A DNA stretch of 64,000 bases from a bacterium (GTDB lineage: Bacteria > Bacillota > Clostridia > Christensenellales > Aristaeellaceae). The stretch covers positions 32,211 to 96,210 of the forward strand of contig CAVFPH010000001.1 in the NCBI GenBank assembly GCA_963624325.1, read 5' to 3'. Numbering within the stretch: position 1 is the first letter of the stretch; each line of letters begins with the position of its first letter. Positions 17,473-25,265 of the stretch are shown one piece after another. The notes beneath the pieces are model-generated. The model did no database searches, was not told where the DNA came from, and was given only the letters and a program-made list of their open reading frames with translations. The position numbers and the translations under genes are program-made.

Positions 17473-18357
17473 ATGGTAGAGAATAAATCCTTTGGCAGCC
17501 GTCTCTTTGACGTGTTTAACTACACGCTGCTGTTTGTACTGACCATCCTGTTTCTGTATCCGCTTTGGTATGTGCTGGTAGGTTCTATTTCGGATCCCAT
17601 TCGCCTGTTTACCCATACCGGACTGCTGTGGCGGCCGCTGGGCTTCAGTCTGCAGGGCTACCGTACCATGCTGCAAAACCCCAATGTGGGCATTGGCTAT
17701 GCCAACACCATTTTCTATGTGGTGGTGGGCACCGTAGTAAGCATCTTTTCCTCTTGCTTGGGCGCATACACGCTGTCCCGCCCCAAGCTGATGTTCAAAA
17801 AGCTGTTTACGCTGCTGGTGGTGTTCACCATGTATTTTTCGGGCGGCATGATCCCAAAATTCCTCGTTGTTAAAGGCATTGGGCTGTACAACAGCCGTTT
17901 GGCGCTCATCCTGCCCGGCATGATCAGCACCTGGAATATGATCGTAATGCGCACTTCCTTCCGTGCCATCCCGCAAAGCCTGGAGGAATCCGCGCGCCTG
18001 GACGGCGCGGGGGACTTTACCATCCTTTTCCGCATCATCGTGCCCTGTGCCAAGGCTACCATCGCCGTGATGGTGCTCTACTACGCCGTAGCGCAGTGGA
18101 ACGGCTGGTTTGATGCCATGATCTACCTGCAGGATCGCAGCAAGTACCCGCTGCAGCTGTTTCTGCGCGAGATCTTGCTGATCAACATCAATAATGCTAA
18201 CAACGCCGCCGGCAACGACGCGTCGGATGTATTGTACCTGGACACGCTGGTCAAGTATGCTATGATTATCATCAGCACCCTGCCCATCCTGTGCATTTAT
18301 CCCTTCGTGCAAAAGTACTTTATGAAGGGTGTAATGATGGGCTCCATCAAAGAGTAA
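17473..18357 (+). CDS. ABC transporter permease (LplC/MalG-like)
   Basis: ATG 17473. EAA loop LEESARLDGAGDFTILFRIIVP. Six TM helices. Confidence 0.85.
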   Translation: MVENKSFGSRLFDVFNYTLLFVLTILFLYPLWYVLVGSISDPIRLFTHTGLLWRPLGFSLQGYRTMLQNPNVGIGYANTIFYVVVGTVVSIFSSCLGAYTLSRPKLMFKKLFTLLVVFTMYFSGGMIPKFLVVKGIGLYNSRLALILPGMISTWNMIVMRTSFRAIPQSLEESARLDGAGDFTILFRIIVPCAKATIAVMVLYYAVAQWNGWFDAMIYLQDRSKYPLQLFLREILLININNANNAAGNDASDVLYLDTLVKYAMIIISTLPILCIYPFVQKYFMKGVMMGSIKE

Positions 18358-18378
18358 ACAATCCGGGAAGCGGGAAAG

Positions 18379-18400
18379 GAAAAGAAGAAGGCTTCTTTTC
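18379..18400 (+). other. short hairpin between the permease and the third sulfatase gene
   Basis: GAAAAGAAG-AAGG-CTTCTTTTC (9 bp) followed by a pyrimidine-rich tract TCTTCCTTCTTCCCTTTTG. Confidence 0.35.
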
Positions 18401-18446
18401 TCTTCCTTCTTCCCTTTTGCTTGATTAAAAGACAGGAGATTACGTC

Positions 18447-19985
18447 ATGCCCCAAATCGCAAAACACCCTAACCTGCTGTTTATCATGGCCGACGATATG
18501 GGTGCCTGGGCCATGCACTGCGCCGGCAACAGCGAAATCTATACCCCAAACCTGGATCGCCTGGCTGCCATGGGCATGCGCATGGAAAATCTGTTCTGCG
18601 TGTCGCCTGTCTGTTCGCCTGCCCGCATGAGCATTTATACCGGACAGATTCCCTCCCAGCACGGCGTGCATGACTGGCTGGCAAAAGGGCATTTGGATGA
18701 AAGCATGCTGTCGCAGGATCTGCGCGACAGCATCCATATGGATAAACCGCCATACGAGTACATCTGGCCGCGCGTGTCCTTTCTGGGGGATCATGCCGTT
18801 CGTTATCTGCGCGGCAAGGATACTTTTACCGATTATCTGGCCGATGCGGGCTATGCGTGTGGCCTGTCCGGCAAGTGGCACATGGGCGACAGCTGTACCC
18901 CGCAGGCCGGGTTTACCTATTGGCGCACCACGGCCAACGGCGGCGAAAACTATATGTTCCCCGTTGTGCTGGAAAACGGCGAAATGACCATGAAGCGCGG
19001 CTGCTATGTGACCGACTATATTGCCGATAACGCCCTGCACTTTCTGGATATTCGCAATCGGGAGCAGCCCTTCTGCTTGGCCGTGCATTTTACCGCGCCG
19101 CATTCCCCCTGGGCAGAAGAATGCCATCCCAAGCAGTATTATGATTTGTACCGCGACTGTCCCTTTGATTCCATCCCCTTTGAGGACATTCACCCATGGG
19201 TGCCGGACTGCGATATCTCCTTTGCCGATTGGAAAAAGAAGCCGCATCCCGGTATCCGCTTCATCCACGCCAATTATGCACCCATCCGCGAAACCTGGCT
19301 GCCTTACTGCCGCGAGAGCCAGCGCGGCTATTATGCCGCGGTTACAGCCATGGATGCAAACGTGGGCCGCATCCTGGATCGGCTGGAAGCGGAAGGATTG
19401 CTGGACAGTACAATGATTGTGTTTACCGGCGACAACGGCAGCAACATGGGTCATCACGGCATTGTGGGCAAGGGCAACGGCACTTATCCCATGAACATGT
19501 ATGAAACCAGCGTCAAGGTACCGGGCATCTTTGTCTGGCCGGGACACATCCCGCAGGGCGTGGTCAGTCAAACCATGGTGAGCCATTATGATTTTATGCC
19601 CACCCTGCTTGAAATGTGCGGCGTGCCCTACCGGCCCGCGAAAGATCTGCCGGGCCGCTCTTTTGCCCGCGTGCTGACAGGCGAGAGCGATTCTTTCCGG
19701 GATGAGGTAGTTATATACGATGAGTATGGCCCCGTGCGCATGATCCGCACCCGCGAATGGAAACTGGTGCATCGCTATCCGGATGGGCCGGACGAACTCT
19801 ACGACTTGGTAAATGATCCCGACGAGCGCGATAACCGCATTGATGATCCTGCTCTGCAGGCGCTGCGGCAGGCGCTGCAGGCACGGCTGACACACTGGTT
19901 TGATTGCTATGTGGATCCTGCGCTGGATGGCAGCCGGGAGAATGTGCGCGGCGGCGGCCAGCTGACTTCACACAGCTTTAAGTAG
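18447..19985 (+). CDS. Cys-type sulfatase (S1 family), no signal peptide
   Basis: MPQIAKHPNLLFIMADDMG N-terminus. Signature SPVCSPARMSIYTGQ. TGDNGSNMGHHGIVGKGN block. TAG stop immediately followed by an in-frame TAA. Confidence 0.85.
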   Translation: MPQIAKHPNLLFIMADDMGAWAMHCAGNSEIYTPNLDRLAAMGMRMENLFCVSPVCSPARMSIYTGQIPSQHGVHDWLAKGHLDESMLSQDLRDSIHMDKPPYEYIWPRVSFLGDHAVRYLRGKDTFTDYLADAGYACGLSGKWHMGDSCTPQAGFTYWRTTANGGENYMFPVVLENGEMTMKRGCYVTDYIADNALHFLDIRNREQPFCLAVHFTAPHSPWAEECHPKQYYDLYRDCPFDSIPFEDIHPWVPDCDISFADWKKKPHPGIRFIHANYAPIRETWLPYCRESQRGYYAAVTAMDANVGRILDRLEAEGLLDSTMIVFTGDNGSNMGHHGIVGKGNGTYPMNMYETSVKVPGIFVWPGHIPQGVVSQTMVSHYDFMPTLLEMCGVPYRPAKDLPGRSFARVLTGESDSFRDEVVIYDEYGPVRMIRTREWKLVHRYPDGPDELYDLVNDPDERDNRIDDPALQALRQALQARLTHWFDCYVDPALDGSRENVRGGGQLTSHSFK

Positions 19986-20000
19986 TAAAAGGAGTATACC

Positions 20001-20930
20001 ATGGGCTATTTTATCGCTTTGGATGCGGGCGGCACCAAGACTGAAACGCTGCTGCTGGATGCAAGCGGGCGGATCCTTTTGCGGGATATCAGCCAGGGCT
20101 GCAACGCCATGGACATGGGACTGGAGGAGGCGCTTCACCGCGCCATTTTCACCCTGCGCCGGGTGGCGCAGCATATTCCCGGCGGCAAGCCGGACTATGC
20201 TTTTTGCGGCATCGCCGCCATGAATTATTATGGCGAGGCCATGCGCGAGCCGCTGCGCGCGGCCTTTGACGATTGGCCGATGTTCCTGGAGGATGACGGC
20301 TGGGGGATGATCTCCTCCATGCTGGGGCAGGCACCGGGCTGCTGCATTGTGTGCGGCACGGGATGCAGCTTGTTTGCGCGCACGCCTGATGCGCTGTATC
20401 ACATCGGCGGGCTGGGATATTTGATTGATACGGTAGGCAGTGGGTTTATCCTGGGACGGGAGGCAATACTTGCGGCGATTAAGCATGCGGACGGGCGCGG
20501 ACGCAAAACCGTCCTGCGCGATCTTGTCTGCAAACAGATGGACGGCGTTTTGCCGGAAGAGAATATTCCCGCCATTTACAGCGGAGGGCGCCCGTACATT
20601 GCATCCTTTGCCCACTGCATATTTGAAGGGCGCAGACAGGGGGATGCGGTCAGCCGAGAGATTTTCGAGCACGGCAGCACGGCGCTGTCAGAGCTTACCT
20701 GGGCGGCGGAGCGTTATTTTCAAGGCGATTTTGATGTTGTGATGGGCGGCGGCATTTTCGCCGCGTTCCCGGAGTACGCGCAGTCCGTCACGGCCAAGTC
20801 TTCTCCCCGAGCACGGATGATTCGTGCCGATGTGCCGCCGGTATTCGGCTGTGCGCTGGAGGCGGTGCTGCGTGGCGGGGCTGAACTGCCGCAGGATTTC
20901 CGTGAGACATTCCTGAAAAGTTATCGGTGA
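20001..20930 (+). CDS. BadF/BadG/BcrA/BcrD-type ATPase (N-acetylglucosamine-kinase-like)
   Basis: ASKHA phosphate-1 motif FIALDAGGTKTE, a later IVCGTGCS block and GGLGYLIDTVGSG. AAAGGAG RBS. Confidence 0.7.
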   Translation: MGYFIALDAGGTKTETLLLDASGRILLRDISQGCNAMDMGLEEALHRAIFTLRRVAQHIPGGKPDYAFCGIAAMNYYGEAMREPLRAAFDDWPMFLEDDGWGMISSMLGQAPGCCIVCGTGCSLFARTPDALYHIGGLGYLIDTVGSGFILGREAILAAIKHADGRGRKTVLRDLVCKQMDGVLPEENIPAIYSGGRPYIASFAHCIFEGRRQGDAVSREIFEHGSTALSELTWAAERYFQGDFDVVMGGGIFAAFPEYAQSVTAKSSPRARMIRADVPPVFGCALEAVLRGGAELPQDFRETFLKSYR

Positions 20931-21060
20931 CTTCTGCACTGTTAAATGTGCGTAAGTATTTGCAAAAAAACTGCACAAATAAACGAAAATTTCCCGACCG
21001 GTTGCATTGCAAGACGGAATATGATATGATAAACGTATAAGCAACAAGGGAGATGACAGT

Positions 21061-21570
21061 ATGCTGAAGATGCACATTTTTTTGGTTGGCATGGCCGGCG
21101 CGGGAAAAACAAGTTTGGGCAGACGGCTGGCAACAAACCTGAATCTCCCCTTTGTGGATACAGACCAGCGCGTAAGCGAAATCATGGGTATGTCCGTGAT
21201 TGAGATATTCCAAACGCTTGGCGAGCAGTTCTTCCGCAATGCGGAGGCAGGGGTGCTGATGGAGCTGATCGGTAAGCCTCCGTGCGTGGTTTCCACCGGC
21301 GGCGGTTTGCCTACTGTGCGCGAAAATGTTTTGCTGATGCAGAACCATGGCGTAATCATCCATATCGATCGCCCGCTTGACCAGATTCTATCCGATATCA
21401 AGATGGATCGCCGCCCCACCTTGGCAGGCGGCTCTCACGAAAACGTGATTGACCAATACAATGAGCGGATCGGGCACTATCGTGCCTGCGCGGATTATCG
21501 GCTGGATAATTCGCACGGATTTGCGGTCGGGCTGCAAACGCTGACACAGATGGTTGAAAATATGCGATAA
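21061..21570 (+). CDS. aroK: shikimate kinase
   Basis: Walker A LVGMAGAGKTSLGR. FVDTDQ and FRNAE...VVSTGGG blocks. About 169 aa. Confidence 0.85.
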   Translation: MLKMHIFLVGMAGAGKTSLGRRLATNLNLPFVDTDQRVSEIMGMSVIEIFQTLGEQFFRNAEAGVLMELIGKPPCVVSTGGGLPTVRENVLLMQNHGVIIHIDRPLDQILSDIKMDRRPTLAGGSHENVIDQYNERIGHYRACADYRLDNSHGFAVGLQTLTQMVENMR

Positions 21571-21579
21571 AAAACGAAG

Positions 21580-21608
21580 GGGGACGGCAAAAGCCGCCTC
21601 CCTTTTTG
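21580..21608. terminator. probable terminator between convergent aroK and the anti-sigma gene
   Basis: GGGGGACGGC-AAAA-GCCGCCTCCC (one wobble pair, one mismatch) followed by TTTTTG, with AAAAAA upstream. Confidence 0.45.
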
Positions 21609-21628
21609 AATGTAAAGATTTGACTGCC

Positions 21629-22615
21629 TTACTGAACAGCCGCCGAGAAAGCCTCGAAAAACTCGGGACAATTCCATGTGCCGCATGCCATAACACTTTC
21701 ATCGCGGACAGCCATCTGAAGCGTGAGACCGTTAGAAAGCTGGATCAGCAGCGAGGTACCGGTTTCACCGGCGGCGGAACGGGCCAAGGAAGCATTGCCG
21801 ATCAAGGTATTATACAGGCTCTTGGCAGTATCGGCATCCGTAACCGTGCCCACGCCTGTTAATTCCATGGCTACAACGCTGCTTGCCTTCAGGGTATCTG
21901 CAAGGCTTTCGCCGCCTTTCAGGGCAGAATTGCCGAAGGACACGCGCTGGAAGACGCGCATAGTGCCGTCTACCCGGGCAGCAACCATTGCGCCGTTCAT
22001 ACCGCTTACGGAATAAACAGTTTCCCCCTGGGCAACAACATTGCTGAAAATGCCGTCGCTGAGCAATGAAGGCTCATCAGTGCAGGTGTCTACCGTGCCG
22101 AGACTGCTGCCTGTCAGGTCGCTTCCCAGAGAGGTCGGATTGGTCAGCAGCCGATAATAGCGGCCGTTTACGCATACCAGCGGGAAATTTGCTCCGTTGG
22201 CCGAAGCCCAAATGCCGCGGTACGCGGGCTTTTGACTTTGCGTGATGGTAATGCTGCCCTTGGGCAAATCGCGCGCCAATGTGCCAACCGTTTCCTGTGT
22301 GCCCGAATCGCCGCCCGCCTGGGTGGAGATCAGCACACCGTTATCTGTCTGCGGTGTGGAGACCGTCATCGGAATCCCCACCAACAGACCGATTACAAAG
22401 GCAAATGTACAGACCGTTGCCAATACGCGCCCGGCATGTGTGGCGCGCCGCTTTTCGGGAGCCACCGAAGCCCACGGCGTATTGCGGTAATGCTTTTTTC
22501 CGTCCTTGCGGGCAAGCGCCCCGTCACGCAGAATTTCTTCTTTTAAATCTTGAGCGGCGTGAAGACCTCCGAGCATTTCATCTGACATTTCCGGCAATTT
22601 TTCCAATTGCTTCAC
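21629..22615 (-). CDS. putative anti-sigma factor (single-pass membrane protein co-translated with the ECF sigma)
   Basis: GTG start overlaps the sigma gene stop (GTGA). Short cytoplasmic N-domain, TM VLATVCTFAFVIGLLVGIP, and an extracytoplasmic domain of about 230 aa that I cannot assign to a family. Confidence 0.5.
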   Translation of the reverse strand: MKQLEKLPEMSDEMLGGLHAAQDLKEEILRDGALARKDGKKHYRNTPWASVAPEKRRATHAGRVLATVCTFAFVIGLLVGIPMTVSTPQTDNGVLISTQAGGDSGTQETVGTLARDLPKGSITITQSQKPAYRGIWASANGANFPLVCVNGRYYRLLTNPTSLGSDLTGSSLGTVDTCTDEPSLLSDGIFSNVVAQGETVYSVSGMNGAMVAARVDGTMRVFQRVSFGNSALKGGESLADTLKASSVVAMELTGVGTVTDADTAKSLYNTLIGNASLARSAAGETGTSLLIQLSNGLTLQMAVRDESVMACGTWNCPEFFEAFSAAVQ

Positions 22616-23154
22616 GCTGATTCGCCCCCTTTTTCTCCCAATATGGCTTCCAGTTTTTTTCTGCCGCGGGACAGACGGCTGGATATTGTCCCTTCCGGCA
22701 GATTCAAAACGTCTGCGATTTCACTGATGCCAAGCCCCTGATAGTAATGCAGGATAAAAATTTCGCGGTATTCAGCCGGTAAGCTGTGAACGGCCTGCAG
22801 CACCTCGGTTTTTTCAACGTGCTGACCGATGACATCGGGCGCGGGTATCATTTCAAATACGGGGCTTCCCGATATCACACGTCGCACCCAAGCCGAACGC
22901 CAGATATCGCGGCAGCGGTTCATGGCTACCTTGAGCAGCCATTTTTTTTCGTTTCCCGCCTCCAGCGCAGGCCGATTAACAAACAGGCTGACAAAGGCAT
23001 CGTGGCAGACATCCTCCGCTTTGCCGCGGTCGCCCAGGTAGAAGTAGCTGACGCGGATTACATCGGAGGCATAACGGGTATAGAGGTCATCGAACCACGC
23101 CGAAAACTCCTCATCGGACATGGACGATTTCCCCTTTCGTACCTCGTCACTCAT
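22612..23154 (-). CDS. ECF-type RNA polymerase sigma-70 family factor
   Basis: Region 2 (YFYLGDRGKAEDVCHDAFVSLF). Region 4 HTH (LPAEYREIFILHYYQGLGISEIADVLNLPEGTISSRLSRGRKKL). Confidence 0.85.
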   Translation of the reverse strand: MSDEVRKGKSSMSDEEFSAWFDDLYTRYASDVIRVSYFYLGDRGKAEDVCHDAFVSLFVNRPALEAGNEKKWLLKVAMNRCRDIWRSAWVRRVISGSPVFEMIPAPDVIGQHVEKTEVLQAVHSLPAEYREIFILHYYQGLGISEIADVLNLPEGTISSRLSRGRKKLEAILGEKGGESA

Positions 23155-23298
23155 AATAACGTTTTATCCCTTCATTTTCTTGCACATAAAATAAAAAATA
23201 TTTCTACGCACCGTTATTATATCCTTTGAAAGAGTTTCAGTCAAGCAGCGCTTTGTCCGTTTAGTACAACGAAAAAACAGGCATATATCCGGCATATG

Positions 23299-23307
23299 TG
23301 TTATAAT
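23299..23307 (+). promoter_or_regulatory. extended -10 promoter element TGtTATAAT
   Basis: TGTTATAAT located 32 nt upstream of the small-ORF ATG. No good -35 seen. Confidence 0.4.
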
Positions 23308-23338
23308 CGTCCTGTACACCGAAAGGAGATCATTCCTT

Positions 23339-23413
23339 ATGCAGCTTTGCGCATTTGCTTACGGTTATTATTACGGCTACGCCTATACTTATCCGGCGCG
23401 GCTGGTTTCGTGA
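23339..23413 (+). CDS. 24-aa Tyr-rich small ORF (candidate leader peptide) MQLCAFAYGYYYGYAYTYPARLVS
   Basis: AAGGAG (23323-23328), ATG 23339, TGA 23411-23413. Seven Tyr codons within 11 codons. Followed by a terminator and then the ligase gene. Not in the ORF track because it is too short. Confidence 0.4.
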   Translation: MQLCAFAYGYYYGYAYTYPARLVS

Positions 23414-23449
23414 TGGCTGTAAACGAACTGCAATTGCCGCTTTTATAAA

Positions 23450-23480
23450 CACCGCAGCCGCACGCTGCGGTGATTTTTTG
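23450..23480 (+). terminator. intrinsic terminator (attenuator candidate) just upstream of the ligase RBS
   Basis: CACCGCAGC-CGCAC-GCTGCGGTG (9-bp GC-rich stem) followed by ATTTTTTG. The ligase AAGGAG starts 5 nt later. Confidence 0.75.
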
Positions 23481-23498
23481 TTACAAGGAGATGCTTAT

Positions 23499-25133
23499 AT
23501 GCCGATTATCGATTTGCTTCGCCGCAACGCCAAAACCGAAGGCGATGAGGCTGCACTGGTTGAGATCAACCCGGAACATGCAGAAAAGCGCCGCGTTACC
23601 TGGAAGGAATATGAGCTGATTGAGCCGACGAATGCTCCCTGCTATCGGCGGGAAATTACCTGGCGGGAATTTGATGAGCATGCAAACCGCTTTGCAAACC
23701 TTTTGATCAGCCGCGGCCTGGGAAAGGGGAAAAAGGTAGCGATCCTGCTGATGAACTGCCTGGAGTGGCTGCCGATTTACTTTGGCATTCTGAAGGCCGG
23801 CGCGCTGGCGGTTCCGCTGAACTTCCGCTATACGGCGGACGAAATCGACTATTGTCTGCACCTGGCCGAAGCGGATGCATTGGTGTTCGGAATGGAGTTT
23901 ATCGGCCGTGTGGAAAGCCTTGCGCCTGCCCTTGAACAAACCTGCGCACTCTTCTATGTGGGCGGCATCTGCCCGACATTTGCGGAAAGCTATTCCCTGC
24001 TGTGCTCGCAGTCTTCGGCGGAAGATCCCATGGTGCCGATTTCGGAGCAGGATGACGCCGCAATTTACTTTTCTTCCGGCACAACCGGCTTTCCGAAGGC
24101 GATCCTTCATAACCATGAAAGCCTGTCGCATGCCGCGGCTGTGGAGCAGCACCACCATGGCCAGACCCATGATGATGTCTTCCTTTGCATTCCGCCGCTT
24201 TATCATACGGGCGCCAAAATGCACTGGTTCGGATCCCTTTATTCCGGCAGCCGCGCTGTGCTGCTTAAGGGAAACAAACCGGAGTATATCCTGGAGGCCG
24301 TCAGCGAAGAACATTGCACCATTGTGTGGCTGCTTGTACCCTGGGCACAGGATATTCTGGGTGCCCTGGACCGCGGGGATTTGAAGCTGTCGGATTATCA
24401 GCTTTCGCAGTGGCGGCTGATGCACATCGGGGCACAGCCTGTTCCGCAGAGCCTGATCCATCATTGGCAGCGGTATTTCCCCAATCATCAGTATGATACC
24501 AACTACGGTCTTAGCGAATCCATCGGCCCCGGCTGCGTGCACTTGGGCGTGGAAAACATCGAAAAGGTGGGCGCTATCGGCAAGCCCGGTTATGGCTGGG
24601 AGGCAAAGATTGTGGATGACGGCGGGAAAACCGTCCCCGTCGGCGAGATTGGGGAATTGTGCGTCAAAGGTCCCGGCGTAATGACCTGCTACTATCATGA
24701 CCCGAAGGCGACGGCTGCCGCATTGCGCGACGGCTGGCTGCTGACGGGGGATATGGCCATGAGCGATGAGGACGGGTTTATCTTCCTTGTAGACCGCAAA
24801 AAGGATGTTATTATTACCGGCGGCGAGAACCTGTACCCTGTACAGATTGAAAGCTTTCTGAGTGCGCATCCGGATGTCAAGGATGTGGCCGTGATCGGAT
24901 TGCCCGATAAGCGGCTGGGCGAGATTGCCGCAGCGATTATCGAGGTGAAGCCGGGACATACCTGCACGCAGGAGAGCATTGATGAATTCTGCATGCAGCT
25001 GCCGCGCTATAAGCGGCCGCGCAGGGTGATCTTTGCGCAGGTGCCGCGCAACCCGACCGGAAAAATCGAAAAGCCGCTGCTTCGAAAGCGCTATGGCGGG
25101 GATATGCTGGTGGAAGCACAGAACTTGTCCTGA
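23499..25133 (+). CDS. AMP-dependent acyl-CoA ligase (ANL superfamily)
   Basis: AMP-binding signature IYFSSGTTGFPKAI. YGLSE, TGDMAMSDEDGFIFLVDRKKD and PRNPTGKI motifs. ATG 23499 after AAGGAG; the ORF-track start at 23355 runs through the terminator and is rejected. Confidence 0.85.
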   Translation: MPIIDLLRRNAKTEGDEAALVEINPEHAEKRRVTWKEYELIEPTNAPCYRREITWREFDEHANRFANLLISRGLGKGKKVAILLMNCLEWLPIYFGILKAGALAVPLNFRYTADEIDYCLHLAEADALVFGMEFIGRVESLAPALEQTCALFYVGGICPTFAESYSLLCSQSSAEDPMVPISEQDDAAIYFSSGTTGFPKAILHNHESLSHAAAVEQHHHGQTHDDVFLCIPPLYHTGAKMHWFGSLYSGSRAVLLKGNKPEYILEAVSEEHCTIVWLLVPWAQDILGALDRGDLKLSDYQLSQWRLMHIGAQPVPQSLIHHWQRYFPNHQYDTNYGLSESIGPGCVHLGVENIEKVGAIGKPGYGWEAKIVDDGGKTVPVGEIGELCVKGPGVMTCYYHDPKATAAALRDGWLLTGDMAMSDEDGFIFLVDRKKDVIITGGENLYPVQIESFLSAHPDVKDVAVIGLPDKRLGEIAAAIIEVKPGHTCTQESIDEFCMQLPRYKRPRRVIFAQVPRNPTGKIEKPLLRKRYGGDMLVEAQNLS

Positions 25134-25265
25134 CAGGCATCGGGCGCTCTGCAGAAAAGCAGGATGAAGGAATGATCGGTGCGGACCCCCGCGATTGCTT
25201 GTTTTTCGCTGCAATACATGATATAATGATCCCGGAAAACGGAGAAATTCAGGAGGTAAAAATCG

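Noticed and set aside
18297-19895. Other long antisense ORFs, for example 18297..19895, 29025..30770, 30873..32285, 36154..37569, 39324..40637, 46969..48603, 52319..53764 and 61155..62567
   Set aside because: Same shadow-ORF phenomenon opposite well-supported genes (sulfatase, oppB/C, oppA, epimerase/capA, rnj, glgP, ade, vanY-like). None shows motifs or a plausible translation start.
23355-23498. N-terminally extended starts offered by the ORF track, for example ligase 23355, rnj 39315, xth 60218, ade 51833 and sulfatase 12013
   Set aside because: The extensions lack RBSs, run through terminators or promoters, and add residues absent from the conserved family N-termini. Internal starts with good Shine-Dalgarno spacing were preferred.
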